Origin: a virus
Lineage: Duplodnaviria; Caudoviricetes
Strand: one strand, 5' to 3'
DNA length: 39,051 nucleotides
IMG/VR virus record: IMGVR_UViG_3300022697_000204
Location: 1-39,051 of that record
Part shown: positions 7,996 to 16,741 of the stretch, piece after piece
Numbering within the stretch: the stretch's first letter is position 1
Layout of the letters: each line of letters begins with the position of its first letter
Position numbers and translations under genes: made by a program
The notes under the pieces: generated by a model
What the model saw: only the letters and a program-made list of their open reading frames with translations
The model's database searches: none
Told to the model about the DNA's origin: nothing

Positions 7996-8192
7996 ACAAA
8001 GAACATATCGCAGCCGAATCGGGTGATGGGGATCGCGGTACAACGTTCCGAGGACTGGATTGCGAAGAGAAGATCCGAACCGTTATGGGCGACGACGGCG
8101 TGATTGAAACCCACATTGATGTCACAAAACGGAAAACGACGAAGAGATTTTTCGGAGGCACTGATTTCGGCGATGGCGGGGAGGTCGCTTAA
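7992..8192 (+). CDS. Hypothetical protein
   Basis: ATGA overlap with the primase stop; 66 aa. Confidence 0.5.
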   Translation: MNKEHIAAESGDGDRGTTFRGLDCEEKIRTVMGDDGVIETHIDVTKRKTTKRFFGGTDFGDGGEVA

Positions 8193-8209
8193 AAAGTAAT
8201 TTGAGCCGG

Positions 8210-8238
8210 TTGACAGGGACAACCGTTTACGATAGGAT
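8210..8238 (+). promoter_or_regulatory. Sigma70-type promoter
   Basis: TTGACA-17 bp-TAGGAT upstream of the helicase gene. Confidence 0.7.
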
Positions 8239-8324
8239 GCCTATATGAGAAACTTCACCATCCTCCAAACCTAAAATCAGCATACACCGAACACTAAACT
8301 AAAAAGCCCAACGAAGCACCGGCC

Positions 8325-9683
8325 ATGGCATTGCAACTAGCACCATTTCAAGAGCAAGGAGCTCTATTCCTGTCACAACGTCGTGCGGCGTATCTCGCCG
8401 ACGACATGGGGCTCGGTAAAACCATTCAGGCGATAAGGGCTTGCCGCCTCGTCGGTGCCCAGAAGGTACTCGTCGTTTGCCCCGCATCGGTCAAATACAA
8501 TTGGGCTTCTGAAATCCTCCAATGGACTGGCGGGTCGGTTAGCTCTAAGGTCATTGAGGGCATAAACCCCAGCCAGCTCCTATTCGCTGTAGACTTCGAC
8601 CGCCCGATGGTGTTCATAGTCAATTACGACCTCTTGCGGTATCCGATCCCCTACAAATGTTTGACCTCAACCATTTTCGACGTCGGCATTTTCGACGAAG
8701 CGGATAACTTTCAAGGCCGAAAGTCAAAACGAACAAGGGCGGGGTTGGGGAAGAACGGCGTTGCGGCCCATTGTAAAAGAATGTGGTTCATGAGCGGGAC
8801 ACCCGTGCAAAGCCGCCCTCGTGACCTCTACCCCATCCTACGAACAGCGGCCCCCGAGGTTATCGAACCGTACCTCACCTATGACCAGTACGCTAAGCAT
8901 TTTTGTAACGCTTACTGGGACGGGATTCAGTTGGTTGATACTGGGTCATCCAACGAAGAAGAGCTAAACACCCGGCTCTATAAAAATTTTATGCTTCGGA
9001 GAACCAAAGATGAAGTTTTGCCCGACCTACCAGAAAAGCGGTACACCGTACTCTCAATGCCTGCCCTGAACGTCGAGGTCGAGAACATGATCGCTAAGGA
9101 ATTTACTTTCGCCAAGACGGACGCGACGCGATGTGCAACCGAGGATATGGATCTCGAAATGTCAGGCGGGGCCGGGATTGCGATACTCCGCCACCAATTA
9201 GCGTTGAGCAAAATGATGGTTGCCCTTCAGCTAATTGAAGCGAGGGCAAAAAAGTTTAAGAAGTTGGTAGTCGCGGGGTATCACCGAGACGTGATGCAGC
9301 TTCTTTGGGCTCGACTTCAAGGGTTTAATCCCGCTGTTGTGCGTGGAGGCATGACGGCGAAACAGAAACACAAGAACGTAATTCGGTTTAAAGATGACCC
9401 CAGTTGTAGGATTTTCCTTGCCCAAATCACCGCTGCGGGTATTGGTATCAACTTAACAGCGGCGTCGAACATGTTTCTTGTTGAAAGCAGTTGGGTGCCG
9501 AGCGAAGTGGACCAACTAGTCGACCGAATACACCGCATGCTACAGAAAAACGAATGTCATATTGAATTTTTAGTTTACCGCCAAAGCGTTGAGGAAAATA
9601 TGCTCCGCACTGTGATCGATAAAAAACAAACCATTAAAGCGATAGTTGAAGATCAGCTATTTTCAATCCCAACCGCCAACTAG
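8325..9683 (+). CDS. SNF2/HARP-like DNA helicase
   Basis: LAPFQ Q-motif, DDMGLGKT, VVCPAS..NW, FDEAD, MSGTP, GIGINLTAA, Q..DRIHR. Confidence 0.92.
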   Translation: MALQLAPFQEQGALFLSQRRAAYLADDMGLGKTIQAIRACRLVGAQKVLVVCPASVKYNWASEILQWTGGSVSSKVIEGINPSQLLFAVDFDRPMVFIVNYDLLRYPIPYKCLTSTIFDVGIFDEADNFQGRKSKRTRAGLGKNGVAAHCKRMWFMSGTPVQSRPRDLYPILRTAAPEVIEPYLTYDQYAKHFCNAYWDGIQLVDTGSSNEEELNTRLYKNFMLRRTKDEVLPDLPEKRYTVLSMPALNVEVENMIAKEFTFAKTDATRCATEDMDLEMSGGAGIAILRHQLALSKMMVALQLIEARAKKFKKLVVAGYHRDVMQLLWARLQGFNPAVVRGGMTAKQKHKNVIRFKDDPSCRIFLAQITAAGIGINLTAASNMFLVESSWVPSEVDQLVDRIHRMLQKNECHIEFLVYRQSVEENMLRTVIDKKQTIKAIVEDQLFSIPTAN

Positions 9684-9696
9684 AAAGGCCATCAAA

Positions 9697-10215
9697 ATGA
9701 GTATTGAAGAACACCTCGCATCAGCAGCCGTATCGTTAGAAAAGATCGTAGGGCTATTGCAAAACCCTAGGCAGGGCATCGACGTCGGTCCAGAAGTGGT
9801 GAACACAACCTCCCCGAATCCAGAAATGGGGGAGTATGAGGTCACCGCCGCCCCCGTGGCCAAAAAGCGTCGAAGCAAACGGAAATCAAAATCAGACGCC
9901 GAAAAAGTAACCGATTTTGATCAAGCTCAAACAGCCGCCGACCCTACTGCACCGACGCCAATGCCCAATAGTGATGACTTACCGGGCGCACCAATTGGAC
10001 ACGACCCACTCCTGGACCCTGAGCCTGAGGCATTGCCGGTTGCGACTCTGGAACAAATCTCCGCGTCGCTGCGAGAGCTTGCGTCCATAAAAGGCCGTCC
10101 GGCTATCATCGCGTTGCTGGCTCAGCACAATGCCACCAAGCTCAATGAGATCTTGCCTGAAGACTTCGGCGTCATCCACAACGAGATCCAAACTTTACTT
10201 CGCAGTGCTCAATAA
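9697..10215 (+). CDS. Conserved APSE-type replication-module protein
   Basis: GAAAGG SD; disordered middle region; C-terminal TLEQI...G...IIALL..HNATKLNEI.PEDF pattern typical of the gene preceding DUF2800. Confidence 0.75.
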   Translation: MSIEEHLASAAVSLEKIVGLLQNPRQGIDVGPEVVNTTSPNPEMGEYEVTAAPVAKKRRSKRKSKSDAEKVTDFDQAQTAADPTAPTPMPNSDDLPGAPIGHDPLLDPEPEALPVATLEQISASLRELASIKGRPAIIALLAQHNATKLNEILPEDFGVIHNEIQTLLRSAQ

Positions 10216-11489
10216 TGGCTGAACAACACGTAGAGAAGAAGCACTCAAAGCTAGGGGCATCGACGTGTAGTCGGTGGTGGGCTTGCCCCGGTTCCGTCCG
10301 CTTGGCCGAGCCTATTCCGCGTGCCCCGTCCAGCAAATACGCTGATCGAGGCACTGCGGCGCACTGGGTGATCGAAAAGTGTCTCGCCAATGATTACGAC
10401 CCTGCGGAGTACATCGGCGAGACCTATGAGACCGACGACAACGTAATCACCATCAACGAAGAAGACACGGATGCCGTTCAAGAATTCTTAAACGTCGTGA
10501 ACCAAATCGATGAGGACGAATTTGGGGAGGACCGGACTCTTCATATCGAAGTCAAGTTTAATCTGAAGACGATACACCCGACCCTTTTCGGAACGGCAGA
10601 CGTCGTGATGTACGACCCCGATTGCAAAAAGCTAGTGGTTATTGATTACAAGCACGGTGCCGGTGTGCCTGTCAGCGTCGAGCACAACAAACAACTCATG
10701 TATTACGCCTTGGGGGCGATCTCGTTTGCTAATGATCACGAGAAACTTGATCTACTGGACATTGTGGGCTTTGGCCAAATGTTTAGGCAAGTTGAGCTGA
10801 TCGTCGTGCAGCCGAGATGTAAGCATGGCGGCGACACGGTGAAGCGATGGATCGTACCGTCTCACGTCCTTCAACAGTTCGCCGATGAACTGAAACCGAG
10901 AGCTAGGTCCACGGAGGACCCCTTAGCGATACTCCATACCGGTGATCACTGCCGCTGGTGTCCAGTCAACGACAACGCACAAGGCTACGAGTGCCCGGAG
11001 CATCGTCGCGTTGCCAATCAGACAATGGGGACGGACTTCGCCATCGTCCAATCGGCGACGCTCGTGCTACCCGAAGTGATCCAATTGAGTACCGCTGATC
11101 GTTCTCGAATTTATAAAATGAAGACGGTCATAGACGCTTGGTTCAAGGGGATTGGTGCGAGCCTGCAAGCTGACCTCTTAAACGGTCAAGATGTGATCGA
11201 CTTCAAATTAGTTCGGACTTCACCCCATCGCAAATGGACTGACCCCGGCCACGTATGGGAGACTTTAAAGCAAAGTTTTCTCGTCGAAGATTTTACAAAA
11301 CTCAATTCGCCATCACAGATTGAAAACCTGGCTAAAGAACAAGGAGTAAGTATCGACGTCGCCAGTCTGTGTCACAAGCCTCAGGGCGTGCCCGTTATGG
11401 CACCTGAGCAGGATCGTCGCAAAGCGATGATCGATTCATGCAAAGACGACTATGACAACCTCCTAACGGAAGACGACTACAATGAATGA
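10215..11489 (+). CDS. DUF2800 / Cas4-like PD-(D/E)XK exonuclease
   Basis: HSKLGAS..RWWACPGS, GTAAH, FGTAD, IDYKHG, QLMYYALG, HCRWCP. Confidence 0.9.
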   Translation: MAEQHVEKKHSKLGASTCSRWWACPGSVRLAEPIPRAPSSKYADRGTAAHWVIEKCLANDYDPAEYIGETYETDDNVITINEEDTDAVQEFLNVVNQIDEDEFGEDRTLHIEVKFNLKTIHPTLFGTADVVMYDPDCKKLVVIDYKHGAGVPVSVEHNKQLMYYALGAISFANDHEKLDLLDIVGFGQMFRQVELIVVQPRCKHGGDTVKRWIVPSHVLQQFADELKPRARSTEDPLAILHTGDHCRWCPVNDNAQGYECPEHRRVANQTMGTDFAIVQSATLVLPEVIQLSTADRSRIYKMKTVIDAWFKGIGASLQADLLNGQDVIDFKLVRTSPHRKWTDPGHVWETLKQSFLVEDFTKLNSPSQIENLAKEQGVSIDVASLCHKPQGVPVMAPEQDRRKAMIDSCKDDYDNLLTEDDYNE

Positions 11490-12171
11490 AAAACCTAAAA
11501 AACGCTACAAGACTCCACGGTATCGCGTCTCATTTCCTCAACTCGTAACAGCCGTCCCTTACAAAGACGGCAAGCCCAAATTTGAAGTGACAATGCTGTT
11601 TAGCATTTCGGATCTGAAGGCTGACCCCGAACAGTTGGCCCTCTTTAACGCAATTCGAGAAGCAATCGTAGAAGCAATTAAAGGGGAATGGGGTGACCAT
11701 CCGCCGCGTGGTCTGAAGCTCCCTATGCGTAAGGGTGTCGAAAAGGACCATATCGCGGGCTACACGGCGGATATTGTATTCGCCGCAACACGGACGACCC
11801 GGCGCCCAGGTGTTGTGTATCACGATCCAAAAGTGGCTGTTAACCCCGCCACCATTGTGGCCGGTGACTACGCCCACTCAATGATTGACGTTTACGCGTG
11901 GAGGAATCGCGAAAAACACTCCAACGGCGTCAGCCTTGGTCTGGTGAGCATTCAGAAACTATCGGACGGTGAGCCTTTCGCCGCCGCGTCAAAACCAGAA
12001 GACGACTATGACACCATTCAACCCGTCGAAGGTGACTTTGAGAGGTGGACGACTAGTGAGCCGATAGCCACCGTCGAAACCCCACAGTCAGTCGGCCAAG
12101 AGCACGAACCCGGTGGTCCCGAGTCGCCAATGGGCAACCAGTCACAGGGTCTCGATGACCTTCTTAACTAA
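11482..12171 (+). CDS. DUF2815 / gp2.5-like single-stranded DNA-binding protein
   Basis: RVSFPQL, KPKFEVTMLF, NGVSLGL.SIQK..DGEPF and an acidic tail; located between DUF2800 and PolA. Confidence 0.88.
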   Translation: MNEKPKKRYKTPRYRVSFPQLVTAVPYKDGKPKFEVTMLFSISDLKADPEQLALFNAIREAIVEAIKGEWGDHPPRGLKLPMRKGVEKDHIAGYTADIVFAATRTTRRPGVVYHDPKVAVNPATIVAGDYAHSMIDVYAWRNREKHSNGVSLGLVSIQKLSDGEPFAAASKPEDDYDTIQPVEGDFERWTTSEPIATVETPQSVGQEHEPGGPESPMGNQSQGLDDLLN

Positions 12172-12174
12172 CCA

Positions 12175-14121
12175 ATGATCACCATTGACTTCGAAACTCG
12201 ATCGGAGCTCGATCTACCAAAAGCAGGGGCTTGGAAATACTCATTGCATCAGTCGACCAAGCCCCTTTGCATGGCGTGGGCACTCGATGAGGGGGCCGTG
12301 GACCTTTGGCTCCCCTTCGAGCCCGTGCCGATCACGATCATCGCAGCAGCGGCAACGGGGCAACTGTTCGAAGCCCACAATGCCTTCTTTGAATATTGTA
12401 TTTGGCTTCATATCATGATGCCTCAATACGATTTCCCCCCAATCAAAACTGAAAACTGGCGGTGCAGTCAAGCGAAAACACTTATGCACGCCGTACCTGC
12501 CGCTCTTGCCAAAGCGTGTAAGGCTCTGCACCTTCCGATTCAAAAAGATGAAATCGGCAAACGGGCGATGATGAAACTCGCCAAACCTCGCAAGCCCACC
12601 AAACACAATAAAGACAAATGGCATGACGACCCCACCGACTACCACACAATGTACGACTACTGCCAAGACGACGTTCGGGCTGAACGGTGCCTCTCTAATC
12701 AGTACCCACCTATCGCACCAGATGAAATTAAGGTTTGGCAACTCGATCAGAAAATTAACAAGCGGGGCATTCATGTTGACATGCAATGCGTTAAGGCGGC
12801 ACTGCGGATCTGTGATCAGATCAAAAAGGAGAACAACTCTCGGCTGTTCGAAATCACGGGCGGTGCGATCAAAACGACGGGACAGATAAAAGTCATCGGC
12901 GAATGGCTGGCGAAGCGTCACATAGTTACGGATTCCCTCGCCAAAGATGTCATCCAATCTTTGCTCAATGTCCACGTATCCGTGAAACGAGACCCCGTTG
13001 CCCGTGAGGTTTTACAGCTTCGCCTTGCCACTGCCAAGACCTCCACATCAAAATACAAAGCCATCGTCGCCGCTGTTGCTGATGACAATCGAATACGGGG
13101 CCTGTTCAAATACTACGGAGCCTTTACTGGTCGCTGGGCCGCGAAACTGGTTCAGCCTCAGAACATGCCCCGTAACACCTACAAAGGGAACTTCGAGCAC
13201 TACTACAAAATTTTAGCTCAAGACGACTCCGAGCTATTCAAGCTCCTGTACCCCAACTCGATGGCAATGCTGAGTTCTTGCATTCGTGGCGTGCTCACAC
13301 CGGGTCCGGGCAAGACGTTTTACGGTGGCGACTTTAGCCAGATCGAGCCGCGTATGGCGTGTTGGCTCGCTGGCGACAACGCTGCTCTCGAAGAGTATCG
13401 AAAAGGTGTCGACCGCTACGTCCAGATTGCTCGGCAGGTTTACAACAAGCGGGACATCAATGAAGCAGAGCGGCAGATGGGCAAGACCATCGACATTGGG
13501 TGCGTGTACGGGCTTGGGTGGGAAGGGCTAAAGGCGACATGCTTACGCCAAGCCGGGATCGTTGTTACAGAAACATTTGCACGAGACGCAGTATCGACCT
13601 ATCGTGAATCACGATGGCTGATCAAAGCATTTTGGAAAACACAACTCGAAGCTGCGATGATGGCTATCCGGACTGGTAACCGAATCGTCGCAGGGACTCG
13701 CAAGATCCAATGGAAGGCTATCAACAAGCATCTGTACTGCCAGATCCCGTCCGGTCGGCGAATCTGTTACCCGTTCGTCAGCGTTAAACCGGCGATGACA
13801 CCTTGGGGTAAATGGCAAGACACAATCCATTACGGGACCGTTGACTCACAGACCAATCAATGGGTGGAGACCACAACACATGGCGGAAAAATCCTCGAAA
13901 ATATTGACCAAGCGTTGTCTAGAGATACACTCGTCGCGGCCATGTTCGCCGTCGAGGGTCAAGGCTACGAGATCGTTTTACATGCACATGACGAGCTTCT
14001 CTGTGAAAAGGACTCTGGAGATCCTGAAGAGCTTAGGCTCCTGATGCAAGTCAACCTTAGTTGGGCACCGACTCTGCCGATTTTGGTGAAGTCGTGGTCC
14101 GGAAAGCGGTATTTAAAATGA
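12175..14121 (+). CDS. Family A DNA polymerase with 3'-5' exonuclease (APSE-like)
   Basis: IDFETRS, AHNAFFE, YCQDDV, TGRWA, QPQN.PR, motif A DFSQIE.R, motif B R..GK..DIG..YG, motif C HDE. Confidence 0.95.
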   Translation: MITIDFETRSELDLPKAGAWKYSLHQSTKPLCMAWALDEGAVDLWLPFEPVPITIIAAAATGQLFEAHNAFFEYCIWLHIMMPQYDFPPIKTENWRCSQAKTLMHAVPAALAKACKALHLPIQKDEIGKRAMMKLAKPRKPTKHNKDKWHDDPTDYHTMYDYCQDDVRAERCLSNQYPPIAPDEIKVWQLDQKINKRGIHVDMQCVKAALRICDQIKKENNSRLFEITGGAIKTTGQIKVIGEWLAKRHIVTDSLAKDVIQSLLNVHVSVKRDPVAREVLQLRLATAKTSTSKYKAIVAAVADDNRIRGLFKYYGAFTGRWAAKLVQPQNMPRNTYKGNFEHYYKILAQDDSELFKLLYPNSMAMLSSCIRGVLTPGPGKTFYGGDFSQIEPRMACWLAGDNAALEEYRKGVDRYVQIARQVYNKRDINEAERQMGKTIDIGCVYGLGWEGLKATCLRQAGIVVTETFARDAVSTYRESRWLIKAFWKTQLEAAMMAIRTGNRIVAGTRKIQWKAINKHLYCQIPSGRRICYPFVSVKPAMTPWGKWQDTIHYGTVDSQTNQWVETTTHGGKILENIDQALSRDTLVAAMFAVEGQGYEIVLHAHDELLCEKDSGDPEELRLLMQVNLSWAPTLPILVKSWSGKRYLK

Positions 14122-14492
14122 GTCTCCGGCCCCCTCATCCTTACGAGAAAATGGCCGCGAGAATCGGCAAGTTACTCGTAACAAAAAACGAAGCATACGG
14201 CGATTCATTCAGGCAGTCCGGCAAATTCCTTGAGATGTTGTACCCGAACGGAATCTCTCACAGCCAAATGGCCGACGCTCTGTGCATGATCCGAATCATC
14301 GATAAGCTTTTCCGAATTGCCACTGACAAACACGCCCTGGGCGAAGACCCTTTCCAGGATATCGCCGGGTATGGAATTCTCGGATCCGCCCACAACATGG
14401 ACCTCGAACCAAATGGGAAAAACCAACAGCAAGACAATGCAGCGATCCCTGAAACTTCTCCGAGGCAGAGGGGCGTACCCATACAAATCTGA
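14118..14492 (+). CDS. Nucleotide-modification-associated domain (Nmad1/DUF1599-like, all-alpha NTP-PPase-like) protein
   Basis: KNEAYGDSF...IRIIDKLFRI...ED.FQDIAGY; ATGA overlap with the polymerase stop. Confidence 0.75.
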   Translation: MSLRPPHPYEKMAARIGKLLVTKNEAYGDSFRQSGKFLEMLYPNGISHSQMADALCMIRIIDKLFRIATDKHALGEDPFQDIAGYGILGSAHNMDLEPNGKNQQQDNAAIPETSPRQRGVPIQI

Positions 14493-14775
14493 GAGCTACA
14501 ACGCCTTTACTCACATGTCCAGCGATCTGTACGGCTGGATTGACCTCACCGCTCTTGAGCCCGGCGTAACGGGTGTGCTTGGTGTTCAGACTACCACGGG
14601 TACGCACATTCAAGCTCGTATCCGTAAAGCTGAAAAGCTCAGGGGGTACCGTATGTGGTTGGCTCAAGGCAACGACGCCGAGTTTCATGGGTGGCGAAAA
14701 ATCAAAGCGGGTCGAGCCGTTGCCACCTGGCAACCCACTATCATTCGAGTCACCATGAAAGACCTCTTTAGTTGA
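14413..14775 (+). CDS. Phage Hjc-like PD-(D/E)XK nuclease (putative Holliday junction resolvase)
   Basis: QRSLKLLR..G, DLYGWIDL.AL, GVQTT, ARIRK, HGWRK pattern; likely start at ATG 14413. Confidence 0.7.
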   Translation: MGKTNSKTMQRSLKLLRGRGAYPYKSESYNAFTHMSSDLYGWIDLTALEPGVTGVLGVQTTTGTHIQARIRKAEKLRGYRMWLAQGNDAEFHGWRKIKAGRAVATWQPTIIRVTMKDLFS

Positions 14776-15049
14776 GGGGCGGGGTGTCTCGATGCCGAGT
14801 CGCCATGTAGACCTCGACAGCGACCACCTTCGCCCCAAGGGCCTGCCCCTCTAGCTTGGTGTACATGGTCTTCTCAATTAAGGTTTCAATTAATCGGATA
14901 CTTGAGAGATTCTTTTCGGCGGTTTCGCTAGCCTGTGTGGTCGCATTCCGCATGTCATGCACACCCACAGCGATCATGCTCTGTAACACCACAATCAGGC
15001 CGTAAGAAATACTTTTCCACACGTTGGGTTTTGGAGGGCTCTTGGGCAT
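14768..15049 (-). CDS. Single-TM membrane protein with helical C-terminus (holin/spanin-like candidate)
   Basis: GGAG SD before ATG 15049; hydrophobic ISYGLIVVLQSMIAVGV; last minus-strand gene of the late arm. Confidence 0.55.
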   Translation of the reverse strand: MPKSPPKPNVWKSISYGLIVVLQSMIAVGVHDMRNATTQASETAEKNLSSIRLIETLIEKTMYTKLEGQALGAKVVAVEVYMATRHRDTPPLN

Positions 15050-15217
15050 GGTCTGGGTCTCCAGCGATATCCCTATCCAATAAACCCCCACGGAAACGTA
15101 TCTAATGGGTATAATACCACATGCCTTACTGATGGCCGCCGAAAAATTAACTAAATGACCTTTAATTCAAGCCTTCGGACCAAAAACCATAAGGGTATTT
15201 TTACAGGGGTTCCAGTA

Positions 15218-15499
15218 ATGGCAACAGGCGACACGCTCATTCGATTCAACACTTACATCGACACCCTCGGCCTTTCCGCTAGGGCCACTGCGGACGTGAA
15301 AACAGCCGGGGAGGGGCTCTACAGAGAGGCCATGACGGAGCATACCGAACACCTGGACCGTCACCTGGATCGAGTGATCGCGGATAACCCAGGCAGCGCA
15401 GACGTTATCCGACGCTCGAACGACATGAAGGCGGTGAACGCCACCGTCCGAGGCGAAGAGGGCGGCACGAGCCAAATCGCCGCTGGCGTTGAGGGTTAG
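15218..15499 (+). CDS. Hypothetical protein, first gene of the inverted cassette
   Basis: 93-aa helical-looking ORF from ATG 15218 (AGGGG upstream); ends 2 nt before the next gene. Confidence 0.65.
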   Translation: MATGDTLIRFNTYIDTLGLSARATADVKTAGEGLYREAMTEHTEHLDRHLDRVIADNPGSADVIRRSNDMKAVNATVRGEEGGTSQIAAGVEG

Positions 15500-15501
15500 A
15501 A

Positions 15502-16734
15502 ATGGCAGATATTCTCGTCAATGCTGACGTCCGCAACGATAGCCATCGTGTGGGTAAACGTCACGAAGTATGGACAACCCCAAATATTGGATACATCTTT
15601 TTTACTGACGGCACTGGGCAGGATCTCGAATACGTTAAGACGATAGACGCCGGGCTAACCTGGACCGCTACACCGATCGCCATAGCAGTTGGGCTCGTTC
15701 TTTCTTTCGATGTCTGGTTCGACAAATGGACACCACTAGACACTGGGACCAAAATCCACATTATCTACATTGAGGCGGACGGCCTAGATTGGGCCTATAA
15801 AAGCCTGAATGTATCCGGGGACACCCTATCGGCGGCTGTAGTTCTCACCAGCCCCACCGACATGGGCCTGACGACGAGCCTCGCTAAACAACAAACAACG
15901 ATCACGAAGACACGGGGCGGAAACTTGCTCGCCCAGTATTGGGACAACGAGACGACCTACGAGAGCTTCTTCTATCGATCGACCGATGGCGGGACCTCCT
16001 TCGGGGCTCGTGCAACAGGCATGGACGCGAACGGCATCGATCATATTCTTCTGTTCCCCGCCAACCTCCTGGACGCCAATGACGCATGGATGTTGTATTG
16101 GGATAAATCCGCCAACGAGATCAGCCTCAAAACGTATGACAACTCGGGCGATGTGTGGACCGAAGGCAGCATCGCGACCAGCATGGTCGAAGACAACTCT
16201 TCGTACCTCCAAATGGACGGTGCCATTCGGCATACAGACGGTCACCTAATCGTTGTGGCGTGGTCAGAAGTGGACACCGCAACGGCTGATCTCCGATGCT
16301 ATGACGTTACGAACGAATCGACCGTCACAGCAAAGACAAACATCCTGACCGATACGATCGAAGCCGCCCAGTGTAGTATCCTGATCAACCAACGAAATGA
16401 TGACATCTACGTGGCCTACATAAAGGGTACGGCGTGGTTGTCGTTGGTGGGAATTCACTACAAACTCTCGACAGATGGTGGGACTATTTGGGGTACAGAA
16501 ACTGCGGTCTCAGTTGATACCGAAGACGACCATAGAGGTGTCGCGGCGGGTCAGTCTGTAGGCGATGACGGTGGGCGGTTTATGCCGGTGTGGTTCAACG
16601 ATGACCTCAACGACCTTCTAGTGAATAGCACTAACAGCGTTGAGATAGCGGCGGCGCCAAGCGGGGGACCCGGCCCAGGGGGTTCACTTATCGGATCACA
16701 CATCGGACCACAACTCGGACCCAAATTAGGTTAA
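15502..16734 (+). CDS. Asp-box (BNR) beta-propeller, sialidase-like virion-type protein
   Basis: Asp-boxes KTIDAGLTW, RSTDGGTSF, YDNSGDVW, LSTDGGTIW; acidic and T/D/W-rich; C-terminal GP linker plus IGPQLGPKLG. Confidence 0.75.
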   Translation: MADILVNADVRNDSHRVGKRHEVWTTPNIGYIFFTDGTGQDLEYVKTIDAGLTWTATPIAIAVGLVLSFDVWFDKWTPLDTGTKIHIIYIEADGLDWAYKSLNVSGDTLSAAVVLTSPTDMGLTTSLAKQQTTITKTRGGNLLAQYWDNETTYESFFYRSTDGGTSFGARATGMDANGIDHILLFPANLLDANDAWMLYWDKSANEISLKTYDNSGDVWTEGSIATSMVEDNSSYLQMDGAIRHTDGHLIVVAWSEVDTATADLRCYDVTNESTVTAKTNILTDTIEAAQCSILINQRNDDIYVAYIKGTAWLSLVGIHYKLSTDGGTIWGTETAVSVDTEDDHRGVAAGQSVGDDGGRFMPVWFNDDLNDLLVNSTNSVEIAAAPSGGPGPGGSLIGSHIGPQLGPKLG

Positions 16735-16741
16735 CCCGAGC

